Assembly (NCBI GenBank): GCA_963704725.1
Contig: OY969934.1
Span: forward strand, 980,711-1,044,710
Source: an uncultured Actinomycetes bacterium
Lineage (GTDB): Bacteria; Actinomycetota; UBA4738; HRBIN12
Length of the DNA: 64,000 bases
Direction: 5' to 3'
How positions within the stretch are numbered: the stretch's first letter is position 1; the number at the start of each line of letters is the position of its first letter. The notes under the pieces are model-generated. The model had not been told where the DNA came from. It saw nothing but the letters and a program-made list of their open reading frames with translations, and did not search any database. A program made the position numbers and the translations under genes. Shown one piece after another: positions 58,924 to 64,000 of the stretch.

Positions 58924-60318
58924 TCAGTAGACGAGCTCAGGGCCGGGCTTCGAGCCGTTCATCCGCTTGGGCGGGTCGGCCGGCGGCGGCTCGGACCGGG
59001 CGAACCTCGTGAGCAGGATCACGTCGACCACGCTGAGCAGCCCGTAGATCACGGTGAACCCGATCAGCGTGGTCGCGACGAACCCCACGCCCACGCTCGT
59101 CGAGACCGCGTCGGACGTCTTCATGAGCCCGAACACCACCCACGGCTGCCGCCCCATCTCGGTGAAGGTCCACCCCGTCGTGTTCGCCACGTACGGCAGC
59201 GCGATGCCGAAGGGCGCCAGCAGGAGGAACCACCTCGCCGTGTCGAGACGCCGTCGCCGCACGTGCCACAGGCCGACGAGGCAGAGCAGGATCATCAACA
59301 GCCCCGACCCGACCATGACCCGGAAGGTCCAGTAGGTGACCCCCACGACCGGCACGTAGCTCCCCGGGCCGTACGTGCGCTCGTACTCGGCCTGGAGGTC
59401 GTTGATCCCGAGCACCTCCCCGTTCCACGTGTTGGTCGAGAGCACCGAGAGCAGGTGCGGGAGCTGCACGTTGATGTGGTTGCGCCCGTTCTCCACGTCG
59501 CCCACGGCGAACAGGGAGAAGCCGGCCCCGCGCTCCGTCTCCCACAGCGCCTCCGCGGCCGCCATCTTCATGGGCTGCTGCTTCGTCATGAGCTGCGCCT
59601 GGAGGTGCCCGCTGAACGCCACGCCCACCGCCGCGAACAGGGAGACGGCAAGCGCGATCGTCATCGAGCGGCGGAAGACGACCCGCTCGTGCTCGCGCCG
59701 CAGGTGCCAGGCGGACACGCCCACGATGAACAGGCCGCCGGTGAGCAGCGCCGCCAGGATCGTGTGCGGGAAGTGCGCCCACAGCGTCGAGTTGGTCAGC
59801 ATCGCCATGATGTCCTTGAGCTCGGCGCGCCCCGTGTCGGGGTTCACGGCGTAGCCGACGGGATGCTGCATCCAGGCGTTGGCGGCCAGGATGAAGAACG
59901 CGCTGATCCACGTGCCAAACGCGACCAGCCAGATCGAGGCGAGGTGGGTGCGCTCGGAGAGCCGGTCCCACCCGAAGATCCACAGGCCGAGGAACGTGGA
60001 CTCGAGGAAGAAGGCCGCGAGGCCCTCGATCGCCAGCGGCGCCCCGAACACGTCGCCCACGAACCGGCTGTACGCCGACCAGTTCATCCCGAACTGGAAC
60101 TCCTGCACGATGCCGGTGACGACGCCGAGCGCGAAGTTGATCAGGAAGAGCTTGCCCCAGAACCTCGTCATCCGCAGGTACTCGGGCTTGCGCGTCTGGT
60201 ACCAGGCCGTCTGGAACACGGCGGTGAAGAAGGCCAGCCCGATCGACAGCGGCACGAAGAGGAAGTGGAAGGAGGTGGTGATACCGAACTGCCATCGGGC
60301 GAGGTCGAACGCATCCAT
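58924..60318 (-). CDS. cydA: cytochrome bd ubiquinol oxidase subunit I
   Basis: 464 aa with a Q-loop and heme-ligand context (MDAFDLARWQFGITTSFHFLFVP). Confidence 0.85.
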   Translation of the reverse strand: MDAFDLARWQFGITTSFHFLFVPLSIGLAFFTAVFQTAWYQTRKPEYLRMTRFWGKLFLINFALGVVTGIVQEFQFGMNWSAYSRFVGDVFGAPLAIEGLAAFFLESTFLGLWIFGWDRLSERTHLASIWLVAFGTWISAFFILAANAWMQHPVGYAVNPDTGRAELKDIMAMLTNSTLWAHFPHTILAALLTGGLFIVGVSAWHLRREHERVVFRRSMTIALAVSLFAAVGVAFSGHLQAQLMTKQQPMKMAAAEALWETERGAGFSLFAVGDVENGRNHINVQLPHLLSVLSTNTWNGEVLGINDLQAEYERTYGPGSYVPVVGVTYWTFRVMVGSGLLMILLCLVGLWHVRRRRLDTARWFLLLAPFGIALPYVANTTGWTFTEMGRQPWVVFGLMKTSDAVSTSVGVGFVATTLIGFTVIYGLLSVVDVILLTRFARSEPPPADPPKRMNGSKPGPELVY

Positions 60319-60425
60319 CGGAAGACCTCCTCTCGCCGGCGAAAGGGTGACGCCTCGAGGGGGGTCGTTTCGCGGACACTCGACCTGCCCCGGGCGGGAC
60401 GAACGCCATCCGGGTGGGCGAGCGG

Positions 60426-61547
60426 CTACCGGGCCGGGGCGTGGCGCTCGTGGATCGGACCGGGTCGGTCCTTCAGGAACCCGGCGTCGCGGCGTCGCTT
60501 GACGGCCACGATCTCGGCGCAGATCGCCGCCGCGATCTCCTCGGGTCCCTCGGCGCCGAGGTCCAGGCCAGCGGGGCCGCGGAACCGCTCGTCGTCCTCG
60601 GCGATCTCGACCCCTTCCTCGCGGAGCTCTTCCAGGAGCCGCCCGGTCCGCACCGCCGGCCCGAGCATCGCGACGAACCGGACCGGCGACGAGACGAGCG
60701 ACCGCACGTAGTCCTTGTCGCGAAGGAAATTGTGCGTCATCACGACCACGAAGGTCCGCTGGTCCGCGGGCGCGACCTCCGCCATCTTGTCCGGGCGCTC
60801 GACCAGGACGAAATCGGCGGCCTCGGGGAACCGCTCGCGGTTCAGGAACTCGCGACGGTCGTCCACCACGATCGGGCTCCAGCCGAGCGCAGCCGCCTGC
60901 TTCACGAGCGGGGCCGCGTCGTGGCCCGCGCCGCAGACGAGCAGCCGCAGCGGCGGCTCGAGGACCTCGACGAACGCCCGGACACCGTCGGCGAGCTCCC
61001 GGATCTCGCTCCGCTCGCTGGCGAGGAGCTCCACCGCCGCTTCACGAGCGGCCGCGTCGAGCTCGGGGTCGCCGAAGGATCGCTCCACGGTGCCGGCGGC
61101 GTGGACGAGGATCCGATCACCCTGCGCCACGCCCGGCCGGCTCGAGTCGAGGACCGTGACGACGCAGATGGGTCGCTCCTCCTCGAGCGCCATGCGCAGC
61201 GCGCCGGCCACCTCGGCGGCCTTGTCCGCGGGCTCGACGAACAGCTCGAACGCGCCGTTGCACCCGAGGCCCCAGCCCCACACGGCGTCGTCGTCCGCGG
61301 TGAGGTCGAACGAGACGATCCGGGCCATGCCCTCGCGCATGACGATCTTCGCCACGTCGGCCACGTCGTTCTCCAGGCAGCCGCCGGAGATGTTGCCGAC
61401 CAGCTCGCCCTCCTCGGGCACCAGAAGCCGCGCGCCCGGCCGCCGGTAGGTCGACCCCCGGACGGCCACGATCGTGGCGAGCGCCAGCTTCTCGCCGCGC
61501 GCCGAGAGCGACTCGATCGCCGACAGGACGTCGGTGAGCTCGCTCAT
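60426..61547 (-). CDS. XdhC/CoxI-family Mo-cofactor insertion chaperone
   Basis: Two-domain XdhC sense (ATIVAVRGSTYRRPGARLLV.., LVCGAGHDAAPLV). Confidence 0.7.
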   Translation of the reverse strand: MSELTDVLSAIESLSARGEKLALATIVAVRGSTYRRPGARLLVPEEGELVGNISGGCLENDVADVAKIVMREGMARIVSFDLTADDDAVWGWGLGCNGAFELFVEPADKAAEVAGALRMALEEERPICVVTVLDSSRPGVAQGDRILVHAAGTVERSFGDPELDAAAREAAVELLASERSEIRELADGVRAFVEVLEPPLRLLVCGAGHDAAPLVKQAAALGWSPIVVDDRREFLNRERFPEAADFVLVERPDKMAEVAPADQRTFVVVMTHNFLRDKDYVRSLVSSPVRFVAMLGPAVRTGRLLEELREEGVEIAEDDERFRGPAGLDLGAEGPEEIAAAICAEIVAVKRRRDAGFLKDRPGPIHERHAPAR

Positions 61548-61567
61548 GGCTCGATGGTACGCCGCCC

Positions 61568-62539
61568 TCAGGCGTTCGCGGTGGCGTAGCGGGCGGGCTC
61601 GTCCTCGAAGCGCTTGAGGCAGCCCGCCGAGCAGAAGTAGTAGGTCGTGCCCTCGTGGACCGACCGGTACCGGGCCGAGGCGACGTCGACCGTCATGCCG
61701 CAGACGGGGTCGAGCTCCTCGTGCCGCGGGATCTCGGCGGGCGGTGCCGCCTCGAGGCGGCCGGCGGCCCGCTCCTTCACCAGCTCGGCCAGGATGGCCA
61801 CCGCGATCTCCTCGTGCGCGACGCGGCCGAGGTCGAGCCCGGCGGGCGCGTGCACCCGCGCGACGGCGTCCTCCGGCACGCCCCGGTCCCGCAGGTAGCC
61901 GAGGACGGCGTCGGCGCGCCTGCGCGACGCGACGAGCCCCACGTAGCCGGCCGGTGTGGCCAGCGCCCGTTCCAAGGCGTCCTCGTCGTAGTGCCCCTGC
62001 GTCGCCACCACGACGAACGAGCCGTCGCTCACCCCGGCCTCTTCGAGATCGAGCGCCGTCACGACGCGGCCGGCGTCCGGGTAGTCCCCGGGCGACCCGC
62101 CCTCGTCGACGACGACCGTTCGCCATCCCAGAGCGCCGGCCAGCCGGGCCAGGGTGGCCACGGCCGGCGAGCGGCCGATCACGACGAGCTGCGGCTGCGG
62201 CAGGACGGGCTCCACATAGACCTCCAGTGCTCCCTCGCTCTGGCACGCGATGGGGACGGTGACGACGCCCTCCCGGCCCCGGGCCGCGAGCTCCTCCGGC
62301 GGGCCGAGGAAGAGCAGGCGCGGCGTCGCCTCCTCGAGCGCCTTCAGCGCCTCGCGGATCACGGTCGGCTCCGCGCAGGCCCCGCCGAGCCACCCCCGGA
62401 CGCGCCGGTCCGGCGTGATGAGCGCCGTCGAGCCCTCCTTGCCCGAGGAGGGCGAGCGCCGCCACACGACCGTGGCGAGCACGAACGGCTCGCCGCGCTC
62501 GGCCAGGTCCGCCGCGAGCGCCAGGACCTCGGGCCTCAT
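61568..62539 (-). CDS. XdhC-family protein with C-terminal YHS/TRASH metal-binding domain
   Basis: XdhC core plus CGMTVDVASARYRSVHEGTTYYFCSAGC. ATGA overlap with the coxL stop. Confidence 0.7.
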   Translation of the reverse strand: MRPEVLALAADLAERGEPFVLATVVWRRSPSSGKEGSTALITPDRRVRGWLGGACAEPTVIREALKALEEATPRLLFLGPPEELAARGREGVVTVPIACQSEGALEVYVEPVLPQPQLVVIGRSPAVATLARLAGALGWRTVVVDEGGSPGDYPDAGRVVTALDLEEAGVSDGSFVVVATQGHYDEDALERALATPAGYVGLVASRRRADAVLGYLRDRGVPEDAVARVHAPAGLDLGRVAHEEIAVAILAELVKERAAGRLEAAPPAEIPRHEELDPVCGMTVDVASARYRSVHEGTTYYFCSAGCLKRFEDEPARYATANA

Positions 62540-64000
62540 GAAGTCGCCTGCGCCGCCTGGATCGCCTCCCACACCTTGCCCGACGTCAGCGGCATGTCGA
62601 TGTTGCGCACCCCGAGGTGCCACAGCGCGTCGATCACGGCGTTGACGTAGGCGGCCGGTGAGCCGACCGTGGCCGACTCGCCGACGCCCTTGGCCCCGAT
62701 GGGGTGGTGCGGCGACGGCGTGACGGTCATGCCGAGCTCGAACTTGGGCGTCTCCCACGCGGTCGGCAGGAGGTAGTCGGTGAAGTTCGAGCCGATGCAG
62801 TTGCCGTCCTCGTCGAACGTGATCTGCTCCATCGACGCGATGCCGAATCCCTCGGTCAGCCCGCCGTGGATCTGGCCCTCGACGATCATCGGGTTGATCC
62901 GGACGCCGCAGTCGTCCACGGCGACCACGCGATCCACCTTCCACACCCCCGTGTCCGCGTCGACCTCGACCACGACGGCGTACGTGCCGAACGGGAACGT
63001 CAGGTTCGGCGGGTCGTAGTAGGTCACGCCCTCCAGCCCCGACTCCATGCCGTCGGGGAAGTCGGTGTACGCGGCGAACGCGCACTCCTGGATCGTCTTG
63101 ACCCGGTCGGGCGCGCCCCGGACGAAGAACCTCCCCTTGGAGTACTCGATGTCCTCCTCGGACACCTCGAGCAGGTGGGCGGCGAGCTTACGGGCCTTGT
63201 CGCGGAGCTTGCGCGCCACGATCGCGGTGGCCGCCCCGACCGTCGGCGTGGAGCGCGACGCGTACGTCCCGAGCCCGTACGGCGTGTTGTCGGTGTCGCC
63301 GTGCACCACCTTGATGTCCTCGGGCTGGATCCCGATCTCCTCGGCGACGATCTGCGCGAACGTCGTCTCGTGTCCCTGGCCCTGGGTCTTCGAGCTGATC
63401 TTCAGGATCCCCTTGCCGGTGGGGTGGATCCGCAGCTCGGCGCCGTCGTTCATCTTGAGCCCGAGGATGTCGTAGTCCTTGTGCGGACCGGCGCCCACCA
63501 CCTCGGTGAAGCTCGCCAGCCCGATCCCCAGAAGCCGACCCTGAGCCCGGGCCTCGGCCTGCTCGCGCCGCAGCTCCTCGTAGCCGACGGTCTCGAGCGC
63601 GAGGTCCATCGCACCGTGGTAGTCACCGGAGTCGTACTCGAAGCCGGTCACGGATCGGTAAGGGAACTGATCCTTGCGGATGAAGTTCTTCCTCCGCAGC
63701 TCGGCCGGGTCCATGCCGAGCTCGTACGCCGCGTTCTGCACCAGGCGCTCGATCATGTACGAGGCCTCGGTGACGCGGAACGAGCACCGGTACGCGACGC
63801 CGCCCGGGGCCTTGTTCGTGTACGCCCCGTCGGCCGAGACGTGTGCCGCCGGCATGTCGTACGAGCCGGTCACGATGTGGAACAACCCGACCTTGAACTT
63901 GGACGGCTGGGCGTCGGCGTGGAAGGCCCCCTCGTCCGCGAGGAGCGAGACGCGGAGCCCCTTCATCGTCCCGTCCCGGTCGAGCGCCAGCTCGCCGTGC
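62536..64000 (-). CDS. coxL: form-I carbon monoxide dehydrogenase large subunit, C-terminal about 490 aa (5' end outside window)
   Basis: Molybdopterin hydroxylase large-subunit sense, with the form-I active-site loop GVAYRCSFR. Confidence 0.8.
   Translation of the reverse strand, partial: HGELALDRDGTMKGLRVSLLADEGAFHADAQPSKFKVGLFHIVTGSYDMPAAHVSADGAYTNKAPGGVAYRCSFRVTEASYMIERLVQNAAYELGMDPAELRRKNFIRKDQFPYRSVTGFEYDSGDYHGAMDLALETVGYEELRREQAEARAQGRLLGIGLASFTEVVGAGPHKDYDILGLKMNDGAELRIHPTGKGILKISSKTQGQGHETTFAQIVAEEIGIQPEDIKVVHGDTDNTPYGLGTYASRSTPTVGAATAIVARKLRDKARKLAAHLLEVSEEDIEYSKGRFFVRGAPDRVKTIQECAFAAYTDFPDGMESGLEGVTYYDPPNLTFPFGTYAVVVEVDADTGVWKVDRVVAVDDCGVRINPMIVEGQIHGGLTEGFGIASMEQITFDEDGNCIGSNFTDYLLPTAWETPKFELGMTVTPSPHHPIGAKGVGESATVGSPAAYVNAVIDALWHLGVRNIDMPLTSGKVWEAIQAAQATS

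Overview
This is a high-GC (about 70%+) actinobacterial-type chromosomal segment. Because of the GC content, all six frames carry long stop-free ORFs, so calls rest on protein sense, start/RBS context and gene-boundary logic, not ORF length. Rough layout: (1) 1-15.2 kb is housekeeping core (SLT-domain fragment, two polytopic membrane proteins, lipoprotein, tldD-pmbA, uppP, orphan cpaB, MTA phosphorylase with an in-frame FmdB zinc ribbon, galU, moeA, moaC, small hypotheticals). (2) tRNA-Ala(CGC) at 15250-15323 is followed immediately by a large serine recombinase and a replication-relaxation protein. The accessory region that follows carries a roughly 7.2 kb signal-peptide-bearing RHS/YD-repeat polymorphic toxin with a PA14-like insert, a DPxGL core end and a low-GC C-terminal toxin tip, a low-GC lipoprotein just downstream, a degenerate orphan rhs fragment, a homopolymer-frameshifted AAA_14/DUF4143 ATPase, an ankyrin-repeat protein and vapBC. 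It is then followed by flotillin, a tandem YciI protein, and a single-ORF ECF sigma / zinc-finger anti-sigma / TM / Calx-beta x6 fusion divergent from a small secreted protein. (3) A GH1 beta-glucosidase and proline dehydrogenase follow. Then a second compact (about 8.5 kb) integrative element: large serine integrase, excisionase, HTH Rep-like protein with in-gene iteron-like tandem repeats, SWIM protein, P27-family small terminase, HK97-like major capsid candidate and small coupled ORFs. It lacks a large terminase, portal and tail genes, i.e. a phage-satellite-like (cfPICI-like) architecture, and ends near a tRNA-like T-arm fragment plus a perfect hairpin. (4) 49.4-64 kb is core again: tag, mmsA plus class-III aminotransferase, yceI, nitrilase-family hydrolase, CAP-domain protein, and a minus-strand block mocA-like/coxG/cydB/cydA/xdhC/xdhC-YHS/coxL. 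The partial coxL carries the form-I AYRCSFR signature. All product calls are from motif-level reading of the translations; no database search was possible.
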